Source of the DNA: Candidatus Poribacteria bacterium
Lineage (GTDB): Bacteria; Poribacteria; WGA-4E; PCPOR2b
Assembly: GCA_965218095.1 (NCBI GenBank)
Contig: OZ244587.1
Coordinates: forward strand, 6,272,001-6,336,000
Length of the DNA stretch: 64,000 bases
Direction of reading: 5' to 3'
Positions 49,561 through 60,284 of the stretch are shown one piece after another. The position numbers were made by a program, and so were the translations under genes. How positions within the stretch are numbered: the first letter of the stretch is position 1; each line of letters opens with the position of its first letter. Under the pieces are notes generated by a model. The model saw only the letters and a list, made by a program, of their open reading frames with translations, had not been told where the DNA came from and did no database searches.

Positions 49561-51456
49561 CTAATATCTCAGAATAGCGCTCCACTCACCAACAGCCCAA
49601 AGGGTTCCGTCTTTGGATTGGGTAATGTCGGTCAGGGTGCTCTGGGTAGGACTTTGCTCGGCGAGCCATGTCACGCCGCCATCTGTGGTGTGCAGGATGG
49701 TTCCATTCTCTCCAACAACCCAGCCTTGTTTATCGTCAATGAAGCACACACCTTTTAATTCGCTGTCTGTTGGGGGCTCTTGCCGAGTCCATGTGGCGCC
49801 GCCATCTTTTGTCCCATAAATCGCGCCCCCAGACCCGGAGATCCAAGCGGTTTGGGCATCTAAGGCAAAAACGGTGTTTAAATCCTCTGGTCCCGCCGAC
49901 TGAACGGACCACGTTTGTCCACCATCAGCCGTTTTGATAACAGCTCCGCCTTGTCCAACAATCCAACCCACTTTATCGTCGGCAAAATAGACGCCAAACA
50001 GGTTGCTGAAAGCAACCATCGGATCCCCGGCATCCTGCCCTATCCATGTTTCTCCACTATCGCTCGTATGCAAAATCTTGCCAACTTCGCCAACCCCCCA
50101 GCCGTGTTGAGGGGTTGGAAAGTGGAGATCATAAAATCCAAGGGCGCCTTTCCAAATCGACATCTGATCAAACTGAATCCGTTTAACCTTACCATGTCCT
50201 TCATCCGTCGGATCGCTGACACTCTGCCAAACATCTCCTCCGCTACCAGTCTCGATTAAGGTGCCGTTACTCCCAACGATGTAGCCTTTATTCTCATCAA
50301 CGAAACCGATACCGAAAAGCTCAAACACGTTGTTGCTGTCTTGCGGTTGCCACGTCTGTCCACCATCACTGGTGTGCAAAACAGCTCCGGATAAACCAAC
50401 AGCCCACCCCAGCTTATCATTATAGAAGTAAACTTTCTGTAAATGGGTGTTAATTGAAACAACTTCCCACGATGCACCACTATCTTGGCTATGCAGAATG
50501 GTTGCGAATTGTCCCACGGCCCACGCCTCCTGCGGGGTGACAAATTGGATGGCGGTCAGTCGGGTCGCAACAGGTCTCGGGTCAAGCGCCGTCCAATTTG
50601 CTCCGCCATCAGTCGTTCTCAAAATGGCACCAAACTCTGCTGATGCGAGCCCGAGGTTGGCGTCGATAAAATGAATGCCCCAGATGGGTTCGGGCATGCC
50701 GTTGGAGTAAGGCACATTGCTCTCTTGAGTTTCCCATGTTTCTCCGCCATCGGCTGTGTGAACAAGTACGCCATTGCCGCCGCATGACCAACCCTCCTGG
50801 TCATTGAGCATAAAAAGACCGTCGAGCGTGGCAGCAGAGTTGGTCCTTTGGGATTTCCAAGTTTGCCCACCATCCGTGGTATGGAGCATCGTACCACCGC
50901 CTCCCGATGCCCAACCGACTTGAGGAGTTGTGAAGCGAATGTCTGTGATCTCGTTATTCGTACCGGTCTTTTGTGGCGTCCAGGTGGCGCCGCCATTTGT
51001 GGTATGAATGAGAATCCCACCATCGCCGCCGGCCCAACCGTTTTTGTCATCGGCAAAAAAGATGGCCGACAACACGGCGCGTGTGCCAGTGGTGAGCTTC
51101 ATCCATGTTGCGCCGCCATCTACCGTTTTCAACACTGTACCGTTATCGCCGGCAATCCAGCCGGTTGTAGGATTGATAAACCGCACCTGGTGGAAATCCA
51201 TTTTGAAGGGAAATGGTTGATTTGGCTGGTTTTCCCAGGTCTTCCCACCGTCGCTTGTATGCAGAATTGTCGATTGAGAACCGACAGCCCAGCCGTGCTG
51301 CTGGTCGACGAAGTAGACATCTAATAGTAGAGTTTTCCACTCGGATTCGTGGATAGATGTCCAGATTCTCTCTGATGAAAAGGTGTTCGCCACAGAGATA
51401 AGTAACAGCCCAATCACGACTAAGAAACTGGTACCCCACTGCTTATGGATTGTCAT
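49561..51456 (-). CDS. Secreted YCF48/BNR-repeat beta-propeller protein
   Basis: Signal peptide; about 14 repeats of GWAVG..G.ILHT.DGG.TW. Confidence 0.9.
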   Translation of the reverse strand: MTIHKQWGTSFLVVIGLLLISVANTFSSERIWTSIHESEWKTLLLDVYFVDQQHGWAVGSQSTILHTSDGGKTWENQPNQPFPFKMDFHQVRFINPTTGWIAGDNGTVLKTVDGGATWMKLTTGTRAVLSAIFFADDKNGWAGGDGGILIHTTNGGATWTPQKTGTNNEITDIRFTTPQVGWASGGGGTMLHTTDGGQTWKSQRTNSAATLDGLFMLNDQEGWSCGGNGVLVHTADGGETWETQESNVPYSNGMPEPIWGIHFIDANLGLASAEFGAILRTTDGGANWTALDPRPVATRLTAIQFVTPQEAWAVGQFATILHSQDSGASWEVVSINTHLQKVYFYNDKLGWAVGLSGAVLHTSDGGQTWQPQDSNNVFELFGIGFVDENKGYIVGSNGTLIETGSGGDVWQSVSDPTDEGHGKVKRIQFDQMSIWKGALGFYDLHFPTPQHGWGVGEVGKILHTSDSGETWIGQDAGDPMVAFSNLFGVYFADDKVGWIVGQGGAVIKTADGGQTWSVQSAGPEDLNTVFALDAQTAWISGSGGAIYGTKDGGATWTRQEPPTDSELKGVCFIDDKQGWVVGENGTILHTTDGGVTWLAEQSPTQSTLTDITQSKDGTLWAVGEWSAILRY

Positions 51457-51602
51457 TAGTTCCTCCTGGTGTAAGATTTTTGTTCCTTGTGAAAACAGAC
51501 ATATTATACAACGATCGGCTAACACCGTCAAGCAGTTGTTTACTGAAGTCACGGTAAAAAACGCTCTAAATGTAATGGGACCGGTTGAAACTTTTCACAC
51601 TA

Positions 51603-52438
51603 GGTTCTGTTGACATTTGAGTATAAGGTTGTGGCATAATAGAAGAATGATGCCAATAACCTTACCCGATGACCAATGGAAAAAGATATACTCGTTTCTT
51701 CTAACTTGTCCCAACATCTATGTTGGCAACGAAGCGACAACACGCCGCTTTATCGAAGCGGTTCTCTGGGCGACCCGTAGCGGGGCTCAATGGCGGATTC
51801 TGCCAGACACCTATGGTAAATGGAACACCCTCTATAAGCGTTTTGCTCGGTGGTGCGACAAAGGGGGCTTCACACAGATGCACCCCCACTTCGCCGCCGA
51901 CCCCGATATCGAGTCGCTTATTGTGGACAGTACAATCATTCGAGCGCACCCGTCTGCGGCGGGCACCTTAAAAAGCTGGCGCCTTAAAAAAAAGGGTGGC
52001 ACTGAAAACCAAGCGTTAGGTCGCTCTCGCGGGGGATTCAGTACAAAAATTCACATCACAGTTGACGGCCTGGGTAATCCCCTAAGAATACATCTGACGC
52101 CCGGTCAAAGAAACGACATAGCGGAAGCAGAAGCGTTGATACTTGGATATAAAAGCGAGTATGTGATTGGAGACAAGGGATATGACTCCGACAGTTTTAT
52201 CGCTGTTATTGAGGCGAATGGAGCGATTGCGGTGATACCGCCCAAAAGTCATCGTGTGGATCAAAGAGATTACGACAAACATCTGTACAAAGAGAGACAT
52301 CGGGTTGAATGTTTCATTAACAAGATAAAATGGTATCGCCGCATCTTCTCTCGGTTCGAGAAGTTAGCTATCCGTTATTTTGGATTTCTCAGCTTTGTCT
52401 CCACTCTTATATGGCTCCCTTGAAATGTCAACAGAACC
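51603..52438 (+). mobile_element. IS5-family element copy A (836 bp)
   Basis: TIR GGTTCTGTTGACATTT / AAATGTCAACAGAACC; CTAG target with TA duplication. Confidence 0.95.
51617..52423 (+). CDS. IS5-family transposase, single open frame
   Basis: [59 protein letters not shown]. Confidence 0.93.
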   Translation: MSIRLWHNRRMMPITLPDDQWKKIYSFLLTCPNIYVGNEATTRRFIEAVLWATRSGAQWRILPDTYGKWNTLYKRFARWCDKGGFTQMHPHFAADPDIESLIVDSTIIRAHPSAAGTLKSWRLKKKGGTENQALGRSRGGFSTKIHITVDGLGNPLRIHLTPGQRNDIAEAEALILGYKSEYVIGDKGYDSDSFIAVIEANGAIAVIPPKSHRVDQRDYDKHLYKERHRVECFINKIKWYRRIFSRFEKLAIRYFGFLSFVSTLIWLP

Positions 52439-52676
52439 TAGTAAATGGCGTAGGTTAATCATAGCAAAAGTAATACAATGGAAGCCGAAAAAGTTTGTAT
52501 TGCTTTTGCATCTGTTAAAAGTTTCAACCGGCTTAACCACAAATGCCGATAAACACAGATCTTCTCAATTTTCACCGTAGCATGAGAAATTTCTCATGAT
52601 TGCCAGTCGCTACCACGGATCCGCGCGATTTCTTGGTGGTCAGAGAAACGGAGAAGTCACGCCAATCCCATGCAGG

Positions 52677-53669
52677 TTACGGAACCTCAACGCCTTCAAA
52701 AACCTTGTTGATGATCTGTTCAGAAGTAATCTCCTCCGCTTCCGCTTCGTAGCTGGCGATGACACGGTGTCTGAGAACATCCATACCAACCGCGTGAACA
52801 TCTTCCGGCGTCACATAACCACGGCGGCGGAGGAAGGCGTGGGCTTTGGCAGCCATAGCGAGGAAGATCGTCGCCCGCGGGGATGCCCCGTATTCGATAA
52901 GATCTGTGAGATCGTCCAATTGGTACTTCGCTGGTTCACGAGTGGCACAGACAAGATCAACGATATAGTTTTCAATCTTCTGGTCCATGTAGATCTCACG
53001 AGCGGTTGTACGGAGTTGAATAATCTCCTGGGGGGATATGACCGGTTGAATCGGCTGGATTTCTTCGCGTGTCATTCGCCGCAAGATGGCGAGTTCTTCC
53101 GTGCGTGAGGGATATGCCACTCGTAATTTGAGCATGAACCGATCCACCTGTGCCTCTGGCAGCGGGTAGGTTCCTTCCTGCTCAATTGGATTTTGGGTCG
53201 CTAAGACGAGGAATGGATCATCGAGAGGATAGGTTTCATCGCCAATCGTGACCTGGACTTCTTGCATGGCTTCAAGGAGTGCGCTTTGGACTTTGGCGGG
53301 AGCCCGATTGATTTCGTCTGCAAGAATAAGGTTGGCAAAAATGGGACCCTTTTTGACATAAAAGTCGCCCGATCGTTGATTATAGATTTGCGTCCCGATC
53401 AGATCAGCGGGCAGGAGGTCAGGAGTGAATTGGAGGCGTTTGAAAGAGACGGCAATCGTTTGGGAAAGGGTTTGAACGGCGGTCGTTTTGGCGAGGCCGG
53501 GCACGCCTTCTAAGAGGATATGACCGTTGCAGAGCAATCCGATAAACAACCGCTCAATCATATATTGCTGTCCGATGATGACTTTGCGAATCTCCTCAAA
53601 AAACGCGTCAACGAAGGCGCTCTCCGCCTGAATCTGCTCGTTCAACGCTGTAAGATCATATCCTTGCAT
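52677..53669 (-). CDS. MoxR-family AAA+ ATPase (MoxR proper)
   Basis: LLEGVPGLAKT, QFTPDLLPADL.G, DEINRAPAKVQSALLEAM, ATQNPIEQEGTYPLPEAQ.DRF, GASPR. Confidence 0.95.
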   Translation of the reverse strand: MQGYDLTALNEQIQAESAFVDAFFEEIRKVIIGQQYMIERLFIGLLCNGHILLEGVPGLAKTTAVQTLSQTIAVSFKRLQFTPDLLPADLIGTQIYNQRSGDFYVKKGPIFANLILADEINRAPAKVQSALLEAMQEVQVTIGDETYPLDDPFLVLATQNPIEQEGTYPLPEAQVDRFMLKLRVAYPSRTEELAILRRMTREEIQPIQPVISPQEIIQLRTTAREIYMDQKIENYIVDLVCATREPAKYQLDDLTDLIEYGASPRATIFLAMAAKAHAFLRRRGYVTPEDVHAVGMDVLRHRVIASYEAEAEEITSEQIINKVFEGVEVP

Positions 53670-54415
53670 GTTTATCTAAGACAAGAATGATTTCAATGCG
53701 GATGGCAAATTCTTCTTTACCATCTTTATGTCTTGTATTTGCTTCGGCAACCTCATACCAAACATCACTCATCTTCTGCTCTCATCTGTGTGCGTCGGTC
53801 AATGGTGATATGGGGTTTCAGCCGTGGCATCTTATCCGTCCGGATTTTTACCTTTTGTGAAAACAATATCTTTTGCTGATATATCGGTGAGAAGATAGCT
53901 CGCCATATACGAGGCTCGGGCTCTGGTTTACTTGGCTGTTCGTCTTTAGGTTTACCTGGACTTTTTTTCTCGTTTATCCCATTTTTTAACAGATGGCAGT
54001 TCAATTTCGGCTTCTTGGTCAATTCCATGAGGCATCTTTAAGGTCTCCCTGTGATTTTTTTCAATGATGGCAAAAGAATGATACACGACAGATTGTGGGG
54101 TAAATTTCCAAGTAACCGTTCAAGTCCAAAACGAAGAGGGATCCAGATACAATCCATACCACCTGGACGCTTACATTTCCAATCCGCCTGGAGTGCGATG
54201 CAGATTGGCAACTCCGAAGGATCGGAGCAGGTTCTGCGCCACGATGAGATTTACGACCTTCTGTATCATCCTTTTGCGGTTACTGTTTTTTTCGGTGACA
54301 GATGCTTTGGCACGAAAACGATTGCCAGATACCGCACCCCATTCTTCCTTCCCTTCCAACTGCTTTGCTTCCTTGCGCCTGAGCCCTCACTCTGGGCGAA
54401 CACCGAGGTTCAGCC

Positions 54416-55195
54416 TTAAAACCTCCTCCTGTAATGCTCATAGATTTCGCTGTTTTCATCCACTTCTTCTTCAGATTCATCCGTTTCAACAGGCGCCACA
54501 GCAATTTGGTTTTCGAGAAACTCCTCTGCCGTCTGATAAATCCGATCAAGTTCTGAACAGGAAGGGCGATGGCGTGAAAAGTGAATCATATCGCACATCC
54601 GGAGAATCTCACCAACGTGATCTGTAACGCTATCGGTGAGCTCATCGGGGAGCGCCAATAAGATTTGTCCGGTTGTCGCATCTAAGATCTTGATCTGATA
54701 TTTTTCTCCCACATAACGTTTGATAATCATCGCGATCAACCCGTAGTATTCCTGGATGCGGTCCGCTTCACGCAGCGACAACACTTGCTCCAGATCTTTG
54801 AGTGAGATCGACTCAAGCGTATACGCCTCTCGCTCCGAAGGGGGCTCTTGTTCGGCCCTCCTTTCGGATCGGCCGGGCCAAGATGCCCTGCGGGAAGTGA
54901 CAGGTGATGGAGAAGGGGGCATATACGTAGACTGCGATACATCCCACTTTGTGGGTGTCTTTCGCAGCAAAAAGAAGCGAGCAAAGTGAGCCTTGTTCCG
55001 GCGCAGCAAGACATAAACAACGCCCCCGATGACAATCACAAGCAACATCAGGATAAACACGCCGACAATTGCGTTTATGAGTCCTGAACCGGATTCATTC
55101 CCGTTGGAGCCGTTGCTGGCTGCAAATAGGGCAGCGGTGTCCAAAGTGAATTGGACAAATACTGATACCGAAGTCAAATTGATTATTCGTCGCAC
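54416..55195 (-). CDS. Membrane-anchored hypothetical protein resembling Bat-operon accessory proteins
   Basis: TM helix; C-terminal YY..I..IIKRY......I.ILDATT.QIL...L..CD.IHFS; upstream of MoxR. Confidence 0.55.
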   Translation of the reverse strand: MRRIINLTSVSVFVQFTLDTAALFAASNGSNGNESGSGLINAIVGVFILMLLVIVIGGVVYVLLRRNKAHFARFFLLRKTPTKWDVSQSTYMPPSPSPVTSRRASWPGRSERRAEQEPPSEREAYTLESISLKDLEQVLSLREADRIQEYYGLIAMIIKRYVGEKYQIKILDATTGQILLALPDELTDSVTDHVGEILRMCDMIHFSRHRPSCSELDRIYQTAEEFLENQIAVAPVETDESEEEVDENSEIYEHYRRRF

Positions 55196-56610
55196 AAGTC
55201 GTATTCCTTGATCTTTCTGAAAATTGTTCGTTTTGAAATCCCCAAGATCTTCGAGGCTTTGGCTTTATTATTTCCGGCATACTGGAGTGTCGTCCGAATG
55301 GCTTCCTTCTCAATCTCTGCTAATGACATTCCGACTTCAAAATGCAATCGTGATGAAAGCGATGCTGCCATGCTCGTATCTGTAGCCGCTGGCGCGGAGA
55401 AGATAATGGGGGAACTTGCCCCGGTGGATGCCAAGATATGTTCTGGGATATCATTAAGATCGAACTCTGAACGATTCGACATAATGACCATGCCCTCAAT
55501 GCAGTTCTTTAACTCTCGGACATTCCCTGGCCAGTCATACTTCATCAACGTCCGCATGGCGCGAGAGATCATGCTCCTGGTCATTTTCCGGTTTTCCCGA
55601 CAAAACTCCTCTGTAAATACTTTGACCAAGAGTGGAATATCCTCCCGACGCTCGCGAAGAGGTGGTAAGGTAATCCGAATGACGTTCAACCGATCGTAAA
55701 GATCGACCAGAAACCTCCCACTTTCCACCGCCTCCTCGAGATCGTGATTCGTTGCGCAAATCACACGAACATCAACCTCGATTGCTTCATTCCCACCGAC
55801 TCGTTCAAACTCCCTTTCGGCAAGCACACGCAAGAGCCTGGCCTGGTTTGAAAGACTTAACTGGCCCACCTCATCGAGGAACAACGTGCCCCCGTGAGCC
55901 GCTTCAAAGCGCCCTTTTCGCGTATGATAAGCTCCGGTGAATGCCCCTCGCTCATGTCCAAAAAGTTCCGATTCTGCAAGGCTTTCGTTCAATGTGGCGC
56001 CATTAAAAACAACAAGTTGCCCTCGGACCAAACTTCGGAGATGGATAGCACGAGCAACCAATTCTTTCCCGGTACCGCGTTCCCCGCGGATCATGACGGT
56101 GGCTTTCGTCGGGGCAACTTGCGCGATGAGTTCTCGAATCTCCTGGATTTTCTGCGAGTGCCCTGTCAGTTGGATGAGCCCCACCTTCTCATCAATCTGG
56201 GATTGTAGCTGACGGTTTTCCAGGGTGAGACGCTGTTTTTCGAGTATCCTGCGGAGGACAGCTGTGAGTCGGGTGGGGTGAATCGGTTTATGGAGAAAAT
56301 CACTTGCGCCACTGTGAACCATGGCTTTGATGCCAATATCTGTCTCCAGGACGTTAGGCATCGCGATGAAGATCACGCCGACATCAGGGCTTCGATCATG
56401 AGCCGCTTCAAGGAGCTTCAGTCCATCAATTCGCGCCTCCTTGAGTGGAGCAATCAAAACATCAATATTCAGGCGTTCGATACGATCTAACGCCTCGTAC
56501 ATCGTGCGAGTGGCAAGGACGTGTAGCCCTTCGCTCTCAAGTGCAAGGCAAATTGTTTCACGCTGTCGCTGATCGGGCTCAACAACGAGAATAGTCGTTT
56601 GGTTGTTCAT
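55183..56610 (-). CDS. Sigma-54-dependent enhancer-binding protein (NtrC-like) with degenerate receiver
   Basis: GERGTGKELVARAIH, ESELFGHERGAFTGA, LFLDEV, WPGNVREL, Fis HTH. Confidence 0.93.
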   Translation of the reverse strand: MNNQTTILVVEPDQRQRETICLALESEGLHVLATRTMYEALDRIERLNIDVLIAPLKEARIDGLKLLEAAHDRSPDVGVIFIAMPNVLETDIGIKAMVHSGASDFLHKPIHPTRLTAVLRRILEKQRLTLENRQLQSQIDEKVGLIQLTGHSQKIQEIRELIAQVAPTKATVMIRGERGTGKELVARAIHLRSLVRGQLVVFNGATLNESLAESELFGHERGAFTGAYHTRKGRFEAAHGGTLFLDEVGQLSLSNQARLLRVLAEREFERVGGNEAIEVDVRVICATNHDLEEAVESGRFLVDLYDRLNVIRITLPPLRERREDIPLLVKVFTEEFCRENRKMTRSMISRAMRTLMKYDWPGNVRELKNCIEGMVIMSNRSEFDLNDIPEHILASTGASSPIIFSAPAATDTSMAASLSSRLHFEVGMSLAEIEKEAIRTTLQYAGNNKAKASKILGISKRTIFRKIKEYDLCDE

Positions 56611-56614
56611 CTTT

Positions 56615-57895
56615 CTAACTCAATTTCTGCCTGACAATTTGACTGACCACCGAATTGTCCGCTTTGCCTCTCCGTTGTGGAACGAGTTTTCCCATGACTT
56701 TGCCCATATCTCGCACCGATGTCGCTCCTAACACCTCGATCGCCTGTACGACAGCGGCTTCGATTTCTGCCTCTGAAAGTTGGGCGGGGAGAAATTCTTG
56801 CAGTATCTTGATCTGTTCCGCTTCAGCTTCAACGAGGTCATCGCGGTTCGATTTGTGCAACTGTTCTAGGTTCTGTTGACATTTGAGTATAAGGTTGTGG
56901 CATAATAGAAGAATGATGCCAATAACCTTACCCGATGACCAATGGAATAAGATATACTCGTTTCTTCTAACTTGTCCCAACATCTATGTTGGCAACGAAG
57001 CTGCTACACGCCGCTTTATCGAAGCGGTTCTCTAGGCAACCCGTAGCGGTGCTCAATGGAGACTTCTGCCAGACACCTATGGTAAATCGAACACCCTCTA
57101 TAAGCGTTTTGCTCGGTGGTGCGACAAAGGGGGCTTCACACAGATACACCACCACTTTGCCGCCGACCCCGATATTGAGTCGCTTATTGTGGACAGTACA
57201 ATCATTCGAGCGCACCCGTCTGCGGCGGGCACCTTAAAAAGCTGGCGCCTTAAAAAAAAGGGTGGCACTGAAAACCAAGCGTTAGGTCGCTCTCGCGGGG
57301 GATTCAGTACAAAAATTCACATCACAGTTGACGGCTAGGTAATCCACTAAGAATACATCTGACACCCGGTCAAAGAAACGACATAGCGGAAGCAGAAGCG
57401 TTGATACTTGGATATAAAAGCGAGTATGTGATTGGAGACAAGGGATATGACTCCGACAATTTTATCGCGGTTATTGAGGCGAATGGAGCGATTGCGGTGA
57501 TACCGCCAAAAAGTCATCGTGTGGATCAAAGAGATTACGACAAACATCTGTACAAAGAGAGACATCTGGTTGAATGTTTCATTAACAAGATAAAATGGTA
57601 TCGCCGCATCTTCTCTCGGTTCGAGAAGTTAGCTATCCGTTATTTTGGATTTCTCAGCTTTGTCGCCACTCTTATATGGCTCCGTTGAAATGTCAACAGA
57701 ACCTAGTGCATCCTTCCGTTTCTTGATTTGGCTGGCGATCGCCTCTAACACACCATCATCGTCGAACTCAACCCGATCATTAATCTCCTTATCCCGGATG
57801 TCGCCGCGTACCATGCGAATCACAGACAGGCGATTTTTGTCCTTCGCCTTCATCGCCCGCTTCATCTCGTCATTCAATCGTTCTTTGAGCCCCAC
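56615..57895 (-). pseudogene. GatB/YqeY domain protein interrupted by IS5 copy B
   Basis: LKERL..EMK.AMKAKD..RL..IRM...KKRKDAL|EQ....R.DL...E..IL.EFLP.QLS..DMGKVM; halves rejoin at CTAG. Confidence 0.9.
56869..57703 (+). mobile_element. IS5-family element copy B (835 bp; transposase with nonsense and frameshift)
   Basis: Same TIRs and CTAG target; near-identical to copy A; TGG>TAG near 57033 and 1-nt deletion near 57335. Confidence 0.94.
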
Positions 57896-58066
57896 AGAAA
57901 TCCCTCATTTCTCTATGTGATTGCCAAAATTTGATAAAATAATACCCCATCTCTCTAGCATCGTCAAGCGGAAAAATGGGGCAATAAACCTTGCAATAAC
58001 GGGATTTGTTTGGCGTAGTGGGCAGAGAGACCCTTGAAAAGGTTTGGAACCTTTTCAAGGATACTA

Positions 58067-58886
58067 GGTTCTGTTGACATTTGAGTATAAGGTTGTGGCA
58101 TAATAGAAGAATGACGCCAATAACCTTACCTGATGAACAATGGAATAAGATATACCGGTTTCTTCTTAGCTGTCTCACCATCTATGTTGGCAACGAAGCT
58201 GCTACACGCTGCTTCGTCGAAGCCGTCCTGTGGGTGACTCGTAGCGGCGCTCAATGGAGACTTCTACCAGACACCTATGGCAAATGGAACACCCGCTACA
58301 AGCGGTTTGCTCGATGGTGCGACAAAGGTATCTTCACACAGATGCACCACCACTTCGCCTCTGACCCCGATATCGAGTCGCTTATTGTGGACAGTACCAT
58401 CTGCCGCGCTCACCCGTCTGCGGCGGGCGCCTTAAAAAAAACGGTGGCACTGAAAACCAAGCATTAGGTCGCTCTCGGGGCGGTTTCAGCACAAAAATTC
58501 ACATCACAGTTGACGGACTAGGCAATCCCCTAAGAATTCATCTGACACCCGGTCAGAGACATGACATAACTGAGGCGGAAGGGTTGATAATCGGATATAA
58601 CAGTGAATATGTGATTGGAGACAAGGGGTACGATTCGGACGCTTTTATCGCGGTTATTGAGGCGAATGGAGCGATTGCAGTGATACCGCCAAAAAGTCAT
58701 CGTGTTGACCAAAGAACGTATGACAAACACTTATACAAAGAGAGACATCGGGTTGAATGTTTCATCAACAAGATAAAATGGTATCGTCGTATCTTCTCTC
58801 GGTTTGAGAAGCTAGCTGTCCGTTATTTTGGATTTCTCAGCTTTGTCTCCACTCTTATATGGCTCCCTTGAAATGTCAACAGAACC
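58067..58886 (+). mobile_element. IS5-family element copy C (820 bp; two ORFs with A-tract frameshift)
   Basis: Same TIRs and CTAG target; orfA 58081..58467, slippery TTAAAAAAAAC near 58432, orfB ends 58871. Confidence 0.94.
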
Positions 58887-59409
58887 TAGCACAAGTCGTT
58901 AATTATTAAAAAGTAATGACTGTAGAGATTAGGTTCTGTTGACATTTCATCGTAACCAGATAATCACAGCAACGAAACTCAGAAACCCCAAATAGCGACC
59001 CGCCAACTTATCAAAACAACTGAAGATACGCCTATAGTGCTTGATTTTGTTGATGAAGCATTCCACCCGATGTCTCTCTCGGTACAGATGCGTATCATAG
59101 TCTCGTGACTCACGGCGGTTGATACGGGGACGAATCACTGGCTCTGCACCCATACGGGTTATCAACTGCACCAATGAATCCGCGTCATACGCTGAGTCGG
59201 CTATCACATACTCACTGCTATACCCTTCTGCACAAGTCATGGCGTGGCGTTGTCTAGCCGTCAGCGCAAAACGTAACGCATTTATAAATAATTGGCTTGC
59301 AGATTCTTTGAATATGTGATATTATTGGGGTGTTACAAGCCTGTGATTCTGAAGTTTATTAAATCGTTGGCTTGTTTTACCTTTCCTCGCCAAAGTAAAG
59401 GACACCCCA

Positions 59410-59850
59410 ATGAGTGATTTTCTTAGTGTAGTAGCGGATATACTCATTATCATTGCTGCTGGAAAGTTCATTTGGAAACACATTCCCAGTAGTGACGATT
59501 TGTATAGTATCAGAAAGTCCTTCATAGACTTCAGAGATGAAGCAAAACAACTGAAAGAAGAAGTCGTCAATTTAAGAAGGGTAGAGCTTACCAACATCGC
59601 AGAGAATCTGAAAACTAGAGATGCAACTGCGAAGAAAACCGTACCTGTTGAAGATATTGACAAGAAACTTGATTCTTTTCAACAGTCAGTAACGAGAATG
59701 GACAGGTACATGACAACTACCCTTGCAACTCATGTAGCAGTCATCAAGTCAATAGATAGTATAGAGGGGCGTTATGCCCAAATGGAGGAACGATTTGGGC
59801 AAACCGAAACAACCCTCCGAAATGTTGCTAGAAGATTGCACATGAGATAG
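59410..59850 (+). CDS. IS1595 passenger: N-terminal TM plus coiled-coil hypothetical protein
   Basis: AAAGGA RBS; hydrophobic N-terminus, heptad-rich remainder. Confidence 0.7.
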   Translation: MSDFLSVVADILIIIAAGKFIWKHIPSSDDLYSIRKSFIDFRDEAKQLKEEVVNLRRVELTNIAENLKTRDATAKKTVPVEDIDKKLDSFQQSVTRMDRYMTTTLATHVAVIKSIDSIEGRYAQMEERFGQTETTLRNVARRLHMR

Positions 59851-59915
59851 ACATAAAACAGGCGAGGGGGTGTTATAGCACCCCCACCGCCACAACATGG
59901 CAAAGGAGACCCCCC

Positions 59916-60095
59916 ATGCCACGCATCAAATACATCAAGTCTTACAGGCGTAAAGACGGCACGCTTGTAAGTCCACATATACGGACAACTGCTGATAACA
60001 CCCTCTGCATCACGACTTATTCCAATGAAAGGAGGGATTATCGTGTTTATAAAAATACGCAAAACCTTTACGTTTATCGTACTCAAAATCGCTAA
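59916..60095 (+). CDS. IS1595 passenger: 59-aa basic protein (below ORF-track cutoff)
   Basis: AAGGAG RBS; MPRIKYIKSYRRKDGTLVSPHIRTTADNT..., resembling the YxRKDGTxVxxHxRT basic motif. Confidence 0.65.
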   Translation: MPRIKYIKSYRRKDGTLVSPHIRTTADNTLCITTYSNERRDYRVYKNTQNLYVYRTQNR

Positions 60096-60284
60096 ACGTA
60101 AGGGTAATCAAACGCCGTATAGCAGTCCTTATACGGCTACGCCTAAGCAATAACTCTTAGGCAATATCAGGGGGTGCTACACAAAGCACTCCCTGATATT
60201 TTGTTGCTAGAGTGTCCGGCTCCCACCGGACACTCCCTTATGGGAAAACCTCTGAAAATATGACTCAGAAAGGAGGCAGATGTT

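Larger units (their letters stand above)
51581..52531. mobile_element. MITE-like element hosting IS5 copy A
   Basis: IRs CCGGTTGAAACTTTT / AAAAGTTTCAACCGG; internal hairpin GCAAAAGTAATACAA..TTGTATTGCTTTTGC; partial IS-free copy at 39136. Confidence 0.65.

Noticed and set aside
53700-54410. Short ORFs between MoxR and the Bat-like gene
   Set aside because: Multiple stops in all frames and no recognisable motif; probably decayed sequence, not called.
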